A stretch of 64,000 nucleotides of DNA from Mobula hypostoma (Eukaryota), in contig NC_086109.1 in the NCBI RefSeq assembly GCF_963921235.1, positions 35,714,001-35,778,000 of the forward strand. The letters are read 5' to 3'. Of this stretch, positions 14,408 to 29,494 are shown piece after piece. Each line of letters opens with the position of its first letter. Within the stretch, counting starts at the first letter, position 1. A program made the translations under genes and the position numbers. The notes beneath the pieces are model-generated. The model ran no database searches, had not been told where the DNA came from, and was given only the letters and a program-made list of their open reading frames with translations.

Positions 14408-14965
14408 AGGATGCTTTTTATAGTGCATCTATAGAAAGCATCCTATCAGTACAGATGACTATAGAAAGCATCCTATCAGTATAGGTCCACTATAGAAAGC
14501 ATCCTATCAGTATAGACACACTATGGAAAGTATCCTATCAGTATAGGTGCACTATAGAAAGCACCTTATCAGTATAGATGCACCATAGAAAGCACCCTAT
14601 CAGTATAGATGCACCACAGAAAGCATTCTATCAGTATAGATGCACCATAGAAAGCAACCTATCACTATATATGCACCATAGAAAGCATCCTTGCACAGTA
14701 AAAAGTACCCAATCAGTATAGATGCATCAATAGACAGCATCCTACCAGTATAGGTGAACTATACAAAGCATCCTATCAGTATAGATGCACCACAGAAAGC
14801 ACACTATCAGTATAGATGCACCATAGAAAACACTCTATCAGTATAGATGCACCATAGAAAGCACCCTATCAGTATAGATGCACCATAGAAAGCACACTAT
14901 CAGTATAGATGCACCATAGAAAGCAACCTAACAGTATAGATGCATCAATAGAACACATCCTATCA
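14408..14965 (+). repeat. Minisatellite, 31-bp unit (agtatagatgcaccatagaaagcaccctatc), about 18 copies
   Basis: Clear 31-bp periodicity, e.g. 14821-14915; the first unit is inverted. Confidence 0.95.
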
Positions 14966-15450
14966 TGCATCACAGCTTGGTATGACAAATGCTCAGTACA
15001 AAACTGCAATAAACTGCAGAGTTGAGCACATCACAGGAACAAGCCACATATTCTGTCTACACTTCTCACTACCTCAGTAAAGTAGCCACAACATTCGAAT
15101 TCCCAATCTGGACATTCTCCCTTGTCCCCCTCCTACTGGGCAGAAGATGGGAAAGCCTGAAAGTATGTACTACCAGGTTCAAAGATTGTTTCGATTGTGT
15201 TGTTAAAGCTATTGACCTCATACAATAAGATGGACCCTCATGATGTACCTCATAATAGCTGCACCTTATTGTCTGGCTGCACTGCATATTCTCTGTAACT
15301 GTAACACAATATTCTACATTGTTATTATTTTCCCTTGTACTTTGTCAATGTACTGGTGTGATGAAATGAAGTGCGCGGATTGCATGCAAAATAATTCTTT
15401 TCACTATCGCTCAGTACATGAGATAATTAATAACCCAATTTACCAATTCA
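14965..15450 (+). mobile_element. Rex1/Babar-type LINE 3' fragment continuing from the minisatellite
   Basis: tgcatcacagcttggtat (CITAWY) followed by CTTRFKDCF; tail aataacccaatttaccaatt. Confidence 0.75.
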
Positions 15451-16519
15451 GAATATTTGTACAATGCAAGGTTACATCTGTAGCTATAAAACTTTTGGAA
15501 TCTGTGATCAAATAAAAATATAACTTAGTGCAAAATAATTCAGATTGACATTAGCTTTAAAAATTCCATTTGTGCTTTTTGGATTTCTCACAGAGATCTT
15601 AGCCCTGTCTCCTCCCCCACCCCCCACCCCTCCACAAAGCAGGTGAGCAAGGATGTAAATTAAGCAGGTCACATCCTTAATAGGGAAAGCCAAGAATTTG
15701 TCCAGATTTTAATTTACTTTGCTCAATAGTTAGAAAGATGGCAAAGACATCTGCTGGATTTTATGGAGTCACTCTTTATGGACCTTCAGTTCTGCTGTCA
15801 AGAGCCAGCAACAGCTATAAATAAAGTCACCCACCCAGATTCTGTACTTTCTTCATTTGCTTTAAATGTCTTTGGAATCGTGTGTAATACGTTATGAGTG
15901 AATTGTGTCAATCCTCTAACTGAACATACTGTAGTAGATTATTTTGGCAAGTTAAAATGTCAGTACTTTATTAGATCAGGTTAAGGAAGTACTTTGACAT
16001 TTGATTTTGACATTTGTTCATTCTGATGTTTCAACTTGGCAAAGTTTGCATTTCTTATATTGAGTATCAAATACTCAGAACATACTGTACAAAGGAATGG
16101 AGAGTGGTTATTATAAACTTCTGGATTTTTGCTCAAACTAAGTCACTAGGCTAGAAGAATTGAATTATATGTGACCAAAATATTAAAAAAAATAATGTGA
16201 TGCAAGGCGTGCAGTCTTGCTGGTTTAGCTCCCTTTTGTAATTATATATGAAAACACATGTTTCTCGGTTTAACAGAAGGCATATGAAAGACACTCTAGT
16301 AAAACAGTTCACAACTGTGAGCTGACAAACTAATTGTTGTTACCTAAAATACAAAGTACTGTACATGCATGCACAGATTATGGTTCCATGATGGCAGTTT
16401 TCAATTTCCTTCTGCATAAAGACTCTAATAACATTAAGTCTCTCTCTGTTTTAAAAACAGCCTAATTTCAGATGAGCTGACCTAAGATAACTTCTATGGT
16501 TATCAGTAATAAATAATCA

Positions 16520-16880
16520 GCACACTGGAGGCTGTGGACGAACAAAGGACCCTACGGAAAATCCTGGCAATTCTGGTCAATGTTTCTCACCCTCTGCATG
16601 CCACCTTAGCCCGAACAGAGGAGCACTTTTAGTAAACTAAGACAGCTGTGTTGCTCCAAAGAGTGCTATAGGAGGTCATTCTTACCCTTGGCCATTAGGC
16701 TCTATGATGAGTCAACCTATAGCTGGGGAAGTGATGACTCCCTCTTGTTAGACTGTTTCAGATCATTTATTTTTATTTTTTTCTACTTCTCTTTTAATTC
16801 TCTTCTAATCTGTGCACTTGTAATACTACTTTGACACTGTAATTTCCTTTGGGATCAATAAAGTATCCATCTATCTATCT
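16520..16880 (+). mobile_element. LINE 3' fragment (Rex1-like) with an (atct)n tail
   Basis: SHPLH motif, then tttcctttgggatcaataaagtatccatctatctatct. Confidence 0.65.
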
Positions 16881-17390
16881 TTCCACGTTTCCATCTCTCA
16901 GAGGGTGTGGTATCTAACTTCCAGCCTTATAAGCTTGAAAGGCTTTCCAGGATCTGTGCCTGAGGTCACAGAACTAGGGTCTCCCTCCCACTGAGTTCAC
17001 AGTAACTATCTGTCAACCTTCTATGCCAATCTAATGTTAATCTCATTTCTCTAAACCTCTCAAGTGCTCCCAGATCCGACAACTTATATACATCAGGGAC
17101 GATTTATAGTGGCTAATTAACTTACCAACCCGTGAGTCTTTGGAACGGCGGAGGAAATTGGAGTGCCTAGAGGAGCCCACATGCCACAGGGAGAATGTGG
17201 AAACACCACACAGACAGAATCCATGGTGAGGTTTGAACCTGGATCTCAGGTTCTCTGAGGTAGTGGCTCTACAGATGCAGTTGCAGCACCTTTGCCCAAT
17301 TTCTACTTGAATTGAAGCCCATTCTGGACAGATGGATGAATTGCTGCCAGGCAACTGTCCAAAGAACCCGCAATGCACCTAGATGGAGAT
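16821..17390. repeat. Donor copy of a 570-bp inverted duplication (partner 24208-24777)
   Basis: Reverse-complement match; the ORF-track peptides at 17043-17378(-) and 24220-24555(+) differ at only 2 of 111 aa. Confidence 0.97.
17070..17290 (-). mobile_element. Degenerate tRNA-type SINE, also copied to about 24310-24530 (+)
   Basis: Reverse strand has a B-box-like ggttcaaacc and the core tgtgtggtgtttccac.ttctccctgtg shared with other SINEs in the window. Confidence 0.6.
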
Positions 17391-17544
17391 GATGAAAAAT
17401 CTCACTTTGTCTCACTTTAATTTACAGTTTGATTAATCCACAGCAGGTATTCAACATCCCTATCTGGAAACAAATAAATACATCTTTAATTAAAAGTCCG
17501 TGAAGATACTTAATACTCTCTATATGTGTATTTTTTTGTATCGA

Positions 17545-18952
17545 GATCGCGGTTTGTAGTGGGTGACTGGAGGATTGGGAAAACTTTAAAAAGCAACAGA
17601 GAACAACTAAACAAGAAATAAGGAAAAGGAAGATAGAGTATGAAAGTAAATTAGCACAAAATATAAAAACAGATAACAAAAGTTTTTATAAATATATAAA
17701 GTGGAAGAGGGTGGCTAAAGTCAACGTAGGTCCCTTGGAAGACGATAAGGGGAAATTGATATCGGGTGATAAGGAAATGGCTGAGGCATTGAACGATTAT
17801 TTTGTGTCGGTCTTCACGGTGGAGGACACATCTAATATGCCAAAGAAGGATGTTATGGATGAAATGAGAGGTGAGGACCTCGATCAAATCACTGTCACTA
17901 AGGAGATAATGATGAGCAAACTAGAGAACCTGAAGGTAGATAAGTCCCCTGGTCCTGCTGGGATTCATCCCAGGGTGTTGAAGGAATTGGTGGAAGTTAT
18001 AGTAGACGCATTGGTAATCAATTATTAAAACTCTCTGGACTCTGGGCAGGTCCCAGCGGATTGGAAGGCAACAAATGTTGTGCCACTTTTTAAAAAAGGA
18101 TGTAGGCAAAAGACAGGCAACTATAGGCCAGTTAGCTTAACATCTGTAATCGGGAAAATGCTTGAAGCTGTCATTAAGGAAGAAATAGTGAAACATTTAG
18201 AAAGGAGTAGTTCCATTAGACAGATGCAGCATGGATTCAAAAAGGGTAGGTCCTGTATGACAAACTTACTGGAGTTCTTTGAGGACATAATGAGTGCAGT
18301 GATAGAGGGGAACAGGTGGATGTCATAAACTTGGATTTCCAGAAGGCATTCGATAAGGTGCCGCACAAGAGACTTATAAATAAGATACAGATGCATGGAG
18401 TCGGAGGAAGTGTATTGGCATGGATAGTGGATTGGTTAACCAATAGAATGCAGAGAGTTGGTATAAATGGATGTTTCTCTGGTTGGCAGTCTATGGTGAG
18501 TGGGGTGCCGCAGGGGTCGGTGCTGCTGTTTACCATTTACATTGATGATTTGGAAGAGGGGACTGAGTGTAGCATAGCAAAACTTGCTGATGACACTAAA
18601 CTGAGTGGAAAAGCAAATTGTACAGAGGATGTGCAAAGTCTGCAGAGAGATATAGATAGGTTAAGCCAGTGGGCCAAGGTCTGGCAGATGGAATACAACG
18701 TTGGTCAATGCGAGATCATCCACTTTGGAAGGAATAACGGAAGAGCAGATTATTATTGAAATGGTGAAAGACTGCAGCATGCTGTTGTGCAGAGGGACTT
18801 GGGAGAGCTTGTGCATGAATCACAAAAAGCTGACTTGCCGGTACAACAGGTTATTAAGAAGGCAAACGGAACGTTGGCCGTCATTGCTAGAGGGATTGAA
18901 TTCAAGAGCGGGGAGGTCATGCTGCAACTATACCGGGTATTGGTGAGGCCAC
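17545..18952 (+). mobile_element. CR1 LINE internal ORF2 fragment (second subfamily), truncated at both ends
   Basis: Motifs KVDKSPGP, NYRPVSLTS, DFQKAFDKV, PQGSV and LADDTK; ends abruptly at LVRP. Confidence 0.92.
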
Positions 18953-19714
18953 CAGAGTTTAGATCAATGAGTTTCACAGTGAGGAGCGACCAATAACCTG
19001 GTCCAATGGTGGTTCCTCTTTTTCCATGGTTGCTGCTTAACATGCTGACCATGTTTTGTTTATATTTCAGACCTTCAGCAATTTTCAGCCTTTCATCCCC
19101 TGGCCACTTCTGATGTAATAATTTCTCGTTCTCCTCAAATGCTACCAGGGCTTTGCCTGCATTCTGCTTTGTGTCAAATTCCCAGCACTGGCTCTGTTCA
19201 TTATCTCAGCTTTCTAACAGGATTATTCCTCCTCTCCACCCTCAACTATTTACACCTCCTCACTCAGATCAGCTACTGTTAACAATCTCAATGCCGTCTC
19301 CTAATCGCTACCAATATGTGTCATCCATCCTGTCTTGGTTTCTAGCCTGTCACAGATTTTTCTCTATTTATCCAACTTCTCTGCAAATCTGCTCTCTGAA
19401 TTTTGAAAGGACCATTGATCTGAAATGTTGACTTTTTTTTCTCTTCCACAAATGCTAGTTATTCCGCTGTTAATTTCTAGAATTTGCTGTTTTTGTTTCA
19501 GATTTTCAGTATCTGCAGTTATTTATTTTTCAACACAGTGGTGTGATTATTTCAGCCAAAAGATTACTGTTTCTTTGCATTGTTTCTGAGCATAAATTAA
19601 TATATGATCATTTTAATTATAAAATTAATGCAAGCTATGGATCAAAAATGGTTAATGTGAAGTAAAAAAAAATGGGGCAAAGCAGGCTGACTGCTTGTCG
19701 ATGGCAACTAGGTT

Positions 19715-19985
19715 TATATGACCATATGACGTAGGAGCAGAATTAGGCCATTTAGCTCAGCAAGTCTTCTCTACCATTCGATTATGGCTGATTTATTCTT
19801 TCTCCCAATCCCATTCTGCTGCTTTCTCCTTGTAACCTTTAACGTCCTCACTAATCAAGAACCTATCAACCTTCGCTTTAAATATATCCAATGGCTTGCC
19901 CTCTACTGCCGTCTGTGGAAATGAATTCCACAGATTCATCACAGTCTGGCTGAAGAAAGTCCTCCTCATCTCTGTTCTGCGTGGC
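19715..19985 (-). mobile_element. CR1 LINE 3' fragment
   Basis: Minus-strand translation RTEMRRTFFSQTVMNLWNSFP plus a 3' UTR. Confidence 0.85.
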
Positions 19986-20024
19986 ATGGCCAGATATAAA
20001 AGTACAAGACACGATGAAAGTCAG

Positions 20025-20160
20025 AGACACAAGAGATTCTGCAGATGATGGAGATCTTGAGCAACACACACAGACTGCTGTAGAAATTGACCAGGTTAGG
20101 CAGCATCTATGAAAGGAAATGAATAGTCAACGTTTGGGGACAAGACCTTCATTAGGACTC
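20025..20160 (-). mobile_element. Penelope-like 3' end with a decayed hammerhead
   Basis: Reverse complement reads agtcctaatgaaggtcttgtccccaaacgttgact, followed by gatgctgcctaacctg. Confidence 0.7.
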
Positions 20161-21098
20161 ATAAAAGTCAGATATCATCGCGTCTGAGCTAGTGTTCTTT
20201 TACTGAATTCTCTGGTGAGCCCAGCAGCAGAGTAGTGACTCATTGTAGAAAGGGTCAGGATGTAATCCTGGACAGCAGAAGGTCTTAAGAGTTATCATAG
20301 CGGAAATGTGGGGGGAGGGTGCTTCAACCTAGGATCAGCCTGCTCAGTTAAATACCGACTTTATAAGAAAGTTGCCTGGAAGTATAAAGTGCAGCGATGT
20401 TGGGACCAGTGGCAGCAGGATAATCTGCTTCAACCAATTTCCTCAGGGTTTAAAATTGGATGTAACCCAGAAGTAATATCATGAGGTCGTTAGTGCAAAA
20501 TCTAATGGACATCATAGGGATGGAAAACCAAAATATCATAGATGGCATGAGGCTTCTACCTGTCAGGAACAAACCAATGATTATCTGATATATCGGTTGT
20601 AATATATGCTTTGACGCTGATGTGTTATGTGTCCCTGATAAGTAGTGGTCACCAAATGCCTATTATGTCAAACATCACTAATCACGAAAAGTTTCATGAA
20701 TAGAAAAAGTGGGCAAGAGAATTATTAATTGCCCAGAATGCAAGCGGATGTTCACCAGTAAAAAACTACCCTGCTGTGATGACTTAGTAAAATCAAAGCT
20801 CCTGCTACTGATCCGATTAAAGTTATTGTATTATCTAGCATGCAGGCTTGTAATTAACTGGAGAACTTGAGTGCATGTGAAACATTCTTGGCCCCAGTGA
20901 CAAGCTTACCCATTACTGCAAAGACTGTCTCTACTTTTGTAGATGCTTATATCTTTTATCTATGAATTTTAATGACTGCTAACAGCTGCAACACTTTATA
21001 AGTATTTTTCATTTCTGAAAGAACTTGATAGGAATACAGCATATTGGGAATTATTTAAGACCAAGTTTTATTTCTCTTTCTCAGAAACTATTAATGTG

Positions 21099-21649
21099 TA
21101 GGTGCGACACAGATATCAAATACAGAATAGCAATGGCGAAAGAAGCTTTACAAAAAATGAAGCCCATATTAACAGACAGAAAGATGAGCACGTACACTAA
21201 AAACAGAATACTGCAGGGCTACATTTATCCTATCCTGACTTATGGAAGTGAGTGCTGGACCATTTCTCCAGCAATGGAAAAGAAACCAGAAGCAGCTGAA
21301 TTATGGATCTACAGGAGAATGTTAAAAATATCATGGACCACACACACATCAAATGAAGAATTTCTCAGAAGAGCCCAAGCAGTTCGATCTCTCATACCAA
21401 CAATAAGAGAAAGACAACTCAGATTCCTAGGACACATCATGCGGAAAGATGAACTAGAAAAACTCATACTCTCTGGAAAGATTGAGGGGAGTAAACCTAG
21501 AGGAAGACCTCAGTTTATGTACATCAAAATCATAGCCAGGTGGCTACACATCGAGGCAATGGAAGTCATTCAGAAAATGAAGGATAGATATATATGGAAA
21601 ACCATGATCACCAAAGTCTGCATCGGATATGGTACCTAGACAGACAGAC
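21099..21649 (+). mobile_element. RTE-clade LINE 3' fragment
   Basis: Motifs DIKYRIAMAK, LTYGSECWT, LRFLGHIMR and GKIEGSKPRGRP; (agac)n tail; 9-bp TSD attaatgtg at 21090-21098 and 21650-21658. Confidence 0.92.
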
Positions 21650-24207
21650 ATTAATGTGCAAGGTCATATAATGTAGATTTGTAACCATTTCAATGCTGGT
21701 TTTATTTATATGTCACTCACACACAATCATAAGAAGTTATAGGCTAGATATGTTGCGATTCTGAGTTTCTTTCTAACTGCCTAATGAAATTATGCAAAAG
21801 CTTTACTCAAATACCAGTTGAATCCACAAAGATTACTTATACATAATAGCTACGCAAAGGGAAATAAGCGACACAGGGCTATTCTTTTTGAATTAAAGTT
21901 TTGCTTCATAGACCAAACCCTACAGAAAACTGTCTGGAAGTTCATTAATTAGTGATCACTATACATAGTCATTCTTCAATTTCAGCTTTGCAAGTGATAC
22001 AAATATTATTGCTGCAGAATGGAGGCAAGACTTGCGTCTGAAGCCAAGTTCCAAGCCATCATCAAAGCTTTAACTGAAATACAAGACTGAACTTAACACT
22101 CAACATTTGCAAGGCAATGGTCCTCCGTTAATTTACTCTAACTACAGCTCACAGCCATGCAACAATGTAAGTTTATAGGAAGACTTTGGAAAATGTGGAC
22201 CACTTCTCATATCTTGTTGGCCACCTATCCACCAAGAGAGATATAAAAATTTAAGTTTATCACAAACTTCAATGTTTTCACGTTACCATTGGTTATTTGA
22301 AAGGGAGGAAAAGTGTCTTTATGCACAATTGAAGACTTCAGACCTACTGGTCAGTAATAATCCTTGCCTTCCTGGGGAATTCTGAGACTTGAATTACTGG
22401 CAGCCAGTATCTCAAGACACTGGAAAAATGCCATTAATGCTCTCTCCTCAAAATACTTAAATACACTGAAAGAAAAACTGAGTCAGTGGGTTTTTCTCCC
22501 CTTCTACTGAGGCTATAGTTGTGCTGTGTCAGCTTTGCAGTATAGGTAACATTGTTCACACACCTGATGCCAGACACGTTTTTTTGAATTCCCGCACAGG
22601 AAGAGAGATGCACTTAGGGTCTTTCTGAAGTAATACGGTATTTGTATTGACTATTGGGAATCTTTGTTCTATGACCGTTCAATGGAGATGGAGCATCTGG
22701 ATAGTTTATAAAATTTAGGCATGTACAAGCTCAAAACTAATCAACCTTCTCCCCCATCCATTACCTCTTGCCCTATCTATGGAAGAAATCCACCCTGACC
22801 TTCTTAACCATTTTAGAATTTACCACTACTTACTGATATACCACAACCTACAAATCAACCATTTATATTTCATCTACTCCACAATGATGAATTGTGGAAA
22901 GAAAGGATCTATCTTGGGCCTTTACCATTGTGTTTTGCATCGATGAGGCTTGATTAAAGCAATTATTGGCCAACTGTGCAACTCCATGCATCTTTGAAAA
23001 CAAAATAATTTCCTGTAGGATTCAGGAGACACAGGAGACTGCAGATGCTGGTATCTGGAGCAGCAAACAACCTACTGAAGGAATGCAGACCTGATGCAGG
23101 TTTTGGATTCAACACATCGGCAACCCCTTTGCCCCTCAGTCCAGGGAGCTGCTCTGACAGATTGCTTCTTAATTCGATAATATTTAGCTGTTATCATATG
23201 AAGAATCGTGAGGAATAAGAAGAAAGCATGATAAACTTCTCTCCATTTTAAATACTGGCACTAATGTATTGGAAGACTCTTTGGCCATATTCAGTCATCA
23301 TCTAATGAGGGAAATAACAATGATGGATGTAGGAAAATCCAATGAATTTTGGCATCCCCATAGCTATTGTGAAGAAAAGTAATTGTGATGTACTGATATC
23401 CTGTGAATCACTTACTGACGCTGATTAATAATGTAAAGGGTGTTATATTGCATCCATCACAGAATTAATATCCATTAGGCACCTTCATTAAATTTTTTTG
23501 GTACATTAGGCGGCATAGTTACATGATGTTATGAGTGTAACTGTGAGGAGGAATGAACCATTATGAATCTGATCTTGGTAATTGCTAACCATATAGTAAA
23601 CTGCATACTCATTAAAAAGATCCCAGTGGAAAATTTCACATTCAGTTCTCAGTCTGTGTCGCTAGCTGATTCTACCCAATGTTGCAAAAAGCACAATGTA
23701 GTTGGCTTTGGTAGCCTGTGTTTAAAAGAAAAGGAAAACTGGCATCTATTCCTCTCTCTGATTTCTATTCATTAACTACTACTCAAAGTACTTCTGTGAT
23801 TGTCTGGTGGGGATAAGACAGCCCTATACTTCTATCTGCATGACCGAACACTGAAACGTTTGCAAGCTTGATTCACACTTTAATGATGAGGCTCGGAAAG
23901 CTACATACAAGCATGCTTCAGAACCTGCAGAAAAAAGAGTAAAATAGAAAAGACTTTGCACTTCCCTATATAGATAAGAACACTTCAATGATTTTTGACC
24001 CAGTATTTATGGTCTGTGGCATGCTAAACATATTTTTCTCTAACTTTTGAAATAAAGACGAATGTCCTTGCCTCTGCAACAGAGTTATGATGTGCCTCGA
24101 TCTGTGTATAAATGCAAACTTGCTTTCATGATTCAGTGGAGATATACAGTTGAAGTCAGCAGTTTACATACACCTTAGCCAAATACATTTAAACTCAGTT
24201 TTTCACA

Positions 24208-24777
24208 ATCTCCATCTAGGTGCATTGCGGGTTCTTTGGACAGTTGCCTGGCAGCAATTCATCCATCTGTCCAGAATGGGCTTCAATTCAAGTAGAAATT
24301 GGGCAAAGGTGCTGCAACTGCATCTGTAGAGCCACTACCTCAGAGAACCTGAGATCCAGGTTCAAACCTCACCATGGATTCTGTCTGTGTGGTGTTTCCA
24401 CCTTCTCCCTGTGGCATGTGGGCTCCTCTAGGCACTCCAATTTCCTCCACCGTTCCAAAGACTCACGGGTTGGTAAGTTAATTAGCCACTATAAATCGTC
24501 CCTGATGTATATAAATTGTCGGATCTGGGAGCACTTGAGAGGTTTAGAGAAATGAGATTAACATTAGATTGGCATAGAAGGTTGACAGATAGTTACTGTG
24601 AACTCAGTGGGAGGGAGACCCTAGTTCTGTGACCTCAGGCACAGATCCTGGAAAGCCTTTCAAGCTTATAAGGCTGGAAGTTAGATACCACACCCTCTGA
24701 GAGATGGAAACGTGGAAAGATAGATAGATGGATACTTTATTGATCCCAAAGGAAATTACAGTGTCATAGTAGTAATA
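24208..24777. repeat. Inverted copy of 16821-17390 inside the Tc1 element
   Basis: Reverse-complement match, about 1% different by manual count. Confidence 0.97.
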
Positions 24778-24799
24778 GTAATAGAAATAGTAGTGTCAT

Positions 24800-26131
<1,332 letters not shown>

Positions 26132-27247
26132 CAAAGTGTATGTAAACTTCTGACCCACTGGGAAAGTGATGAAAGAAATAAAAGCTGAAATAAATCATTC
26201 TCACTACTATTATTCTGGCATTTCACATTCTTAAAATAAAGTAGTGATCCTAACTGACTTAAGAAGGGAATGTTTTCTAGGATTAAATGTCAGGAATTGT
26301 GAAAAACTGAGTCTAAATGTATTTGGCTAAGGTGCATGTAAACTTCTGACTTCAACTGTATATAAAAATGAGATCAAGCCACAAAATTATCCTCTAAAAT
26401 CTAACCTTTTTATTTTGGGTAGAGTTTTCATATTCACTGTTATGTCAGTGTTTCCTCCTGGGGTTCTGGTATCCTCCCATATCCCAAAGACATTTGGATT
26501 GGTCAGTTATTTGGCCACTGCCAATTGTCCCTAGTGTAAATAAATGGCAGATTCTGGGATGATAGGGATGTGGGCGAATTAGTTGTTCTGTAAACCAGCA
26601 TAGAATCAATGGGATGAATGTCCTACTTCTGTATTGTTAGGAATATAAAAGTACAGGACAATAGGACTTACGATTTAGTTTAATTTTATTTGGAAATTTT
26701 GGTTGAAGAAGGAATACTGAGCAAGATACCAGTAGGGCTATTTCAAATAATTTCATGGTTATGAGATGTAGGTGTACCTAGCAAAAACTAGCTATCATTG
26801 CCTATTCCTTAACATTACAATGGTAGATATGAACCACCTTAGTGGATTGCTGTGTCTTTCCGGTGAAAAATACTTCCACGTGGTTTTGAGCAGAGAATTC
26901 CAGGATGTAGAATGATTTGACCATTTGCCTGGATACTTATTTCCTTACTGTCTTCTCTGAAAATGGTCACTTTCAAGGATCTCATTTTGCGGTTGTGAAC
27001 TGGTAGTTTTGATTCTAAAATCAAATTCTAAATTTTACTTTGAATCAGAAAGGTGGGTGCTGATACCCGAGTGAATGGTGATACATTGCTATTTTATCAG
27101 CTCTTAGGTAAAATAGCTAAAATAATTTCAAGATATTTTAAGCATGTGGTTTTAATTATATAAGCAGATACAAAAGCGAAATTGTTAATGATGGTGTCAA
27201 ATGTCTGAGGGAATTGAATCATTCCAACTCAACTTAAATGGGAACAT

Positions 27248-27890
27248 GGAGGGAGGAGAAGATGGTGGCGTGAAGCAATGCATGCAGCTGTTCCGAATGA
27301 ATATCGATATGTATAACTTGGGGGCCGTGCATCAATCCGGATTTGATGGGGACAGCCGTGAAAGCGCAGAGGAACATCTTGAGCAACTTCTGAAATGCCT
27401 GGTTCACTACAGCTGCTACTTTGCGATCGAGAATCTCCGGAGACGTAGGCCCCAAATCCTTGGCTTTGCATATCTCCTGTTGCCGGGGCCGGGGTCGAAA
27501 TGCTCGGCAGAGATGGTGCTTGGTGCTCCGTGTCGAATAGGTGGTCGGAGGCTCGGACGGACTCGGAGTCAGACTGCGGTCGGATGCTTCCAGGATGCTG
27601 CATCGGCAAGTTGGCGGCACTGGGGGGTTTACCGTCTGTGTGAGATGATGGGACTTCGAGAGACTCTGAGACTTTTACTGTGCCATGGTCTGTTCTTATC
27701 AAATTATGTCATTGTTTTGCACTGTTGTAACTATATGTTATAATTAAGTGGTTTTTGTTAGTTTTTACGTCGGTTTGTCATGTGTTTTCGTGATATTATT
27801 CTGGAAAAACATTTTTATTGTTTCTTAATACATGCATTACTAAATGACAATAAAAGGGAACTGCGTGTCCTCATAATCATAATCATAATT
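27248..27890 (+). mobile_element. Non-autonomous retroelement, copy 1 of 3
   Basis: Homologous to 53637-54122 and 59296-59965; 5' aagatgg motif; 3' aatgacaataaa...(cataat)n. Confidence 0.8.
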
Positions 27891-28039
27891 TAGGTTAAGT
27901 GACCATTTATGTTATTTCCATGGGCTTGTTCAATAGTTATTTTAAAGATGGTGCTGCCGTCATGAAAGCTATGCTCAAAATTTTATTTAGAACCTTAAAT
28001 AAGGGATTTGCAAACCTAAAGGATTTTAAGAATGCTTTG

Positions 28040-28800
28040 TGATGTGTTCTAATCTCTTTACGCTCATGGCTGTGTGGGTAAACACAGCTGAAATTCCCTC
28101 TATAAATTTACCAATGACCCCACTGTTGGCAGAATCTCAGACAGTGATAATGAGGAGTATCAGATTGAAACTGATTGGGTGGTTGAGTGGTTTCACAACA
28201 ACAACCTTCCACTCAACACCAGCAAGACCATGGAATTTATTGTGGACTTCAGGAAGGGGTAATTAGGAGAACACACACCAGGTCTCATTCAGTGGCCCGC
28301 AATTGAAAGTTTGAGCAGCATCGAGTTTCTGGGGGGGGGGGGGTCAATATCTCAGAGTATTGATCCTGGGAGCAACATATCGATGCAATCACAAAGAAGG
28401 TATACCAGCAGCAATACTTCATTAAGATTTTGAGATTTGGTATGTCACCAAAGATTAGCAAATTTCAAAGATGTTGTGTGGAGAGCATTCTGACTTTATT
28501 ATTGGCTGGTATGGATGCTCCAAAGTATAGGATTGAAGAGGTTACAGAGGACTGTAGACTGAGCCAGTTCCATCGCAAGCACAAGTTACTCCACCATTGA
28601 GGACACCTTCGTAAGCTGGTGCCGCAGGAAGGCAGCACCCATCTTTAAGGACCTTCATCATCTAGAATGTGCCCTCTTCGCATGACTACCATTAAGGTAC
28701 AGGAGGTATAGAAGCCTAATGACACACACTCAAAATTTTAAGAACAACTTCTTCCCTTCTGCCTTCATATTTCTGAATGGTCCATTAACCCATGAACTTT
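28040..28800 (+). mobile_element. Old Rex1/Babar LINE fragment
   Basis: Frameshifted RT C-terminus (VDFRK, VESILT); a matching tail gataataaacctgattttgattt appears at about 29272-29296. Confidence 0.7.
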
Positions 28801-29272
28801 ACTGCAGTGGCAACAACTCAATACATTAAAGCTTACAGACATGGTAAAGACATTCAGTTGTTGTTCAGATCTAACACCAGAATTGGAAAGAAATATGATC
28901 AAAGTGACTTGGACCATGGAATGATTGTTGGTGCTATACAGGGTGATTTGAGTATCTCAGAAACTGATGATCTCTTGGGACTTCTGACACAGCAGTTTCT
29001 GGAGTTTACAGAGAATGGTGCATAAAACAAAACAAAAACACCCAGTGACCCACAGTTCTATGCATGAAAACACCTTCTTAATAATAAATGTTAGAGGAGA
29101 ATGGCCAGACTGGTTCAAGGTGACAGAAAGACTACAGTAACTCAAATAACCACACGTTACCTCAGTGGTATATAAAAGAGCATCCCTGAATGCACATCAC
29201 ATAGAAGCTTGAAGTGGATGGGCTACAGGAGGGGATGACCATACTGGGTTCTACTCCTCTACCTAATAAAGT
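28800..29272 (+). mobile_element. Non-autonomous Tc1-family derivative with an N-terminal DNA-binding domain remnant
   Basis: GKKYDQSDLDHGMIVGAIQGDLSISETDDLLG resembles the recalled fish Tc1 N-terminus GKKGDLSDFERGMIVGARRAGLSISETADLLG; ends in cctaataaagtg. Confidence 0.7.
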
Positions 29273-29494
29273 GATAATAAACCTGATTTTGATTTGGGTA
29301 AGGTTGTTTCTCTAGAGTTGAACTGTATGTTGCTGTTGAATCATAGTCAATAGTTTTAAATAAAAATAAAACTTTTGCAGTCTCCTCTGTACTCTATTGT
29401 CTGAATATATACTTTATTGAGGATGCTAATTATCAATTGCTCTCCATTACTCTGCCTGAGTGAATCATATATTGATTCTTACATTTTGATACAT

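Noticed and set aside
14408..14965. CRISPR-like array
   Set aside because: Units are contiguous with no unique spacers, no cas genes are present, the context is eukaryotic, and the unit derives from a LINE ORF.
24220..24555. Duplicated 111-aa ORF (also 17043-17378) as a protein-coding gene pair
   Set aside because: It overlaps a decayed SINE, has no recognisable domain, and the identity is explained by the recent inverted duplication.
27201..27743. 180-aa ORF in the non-autonomous element
   Set aside because: The frame is not preserved in the other two copies and has no domain motifs; GC-rich sequence readily gives chance ORFs.
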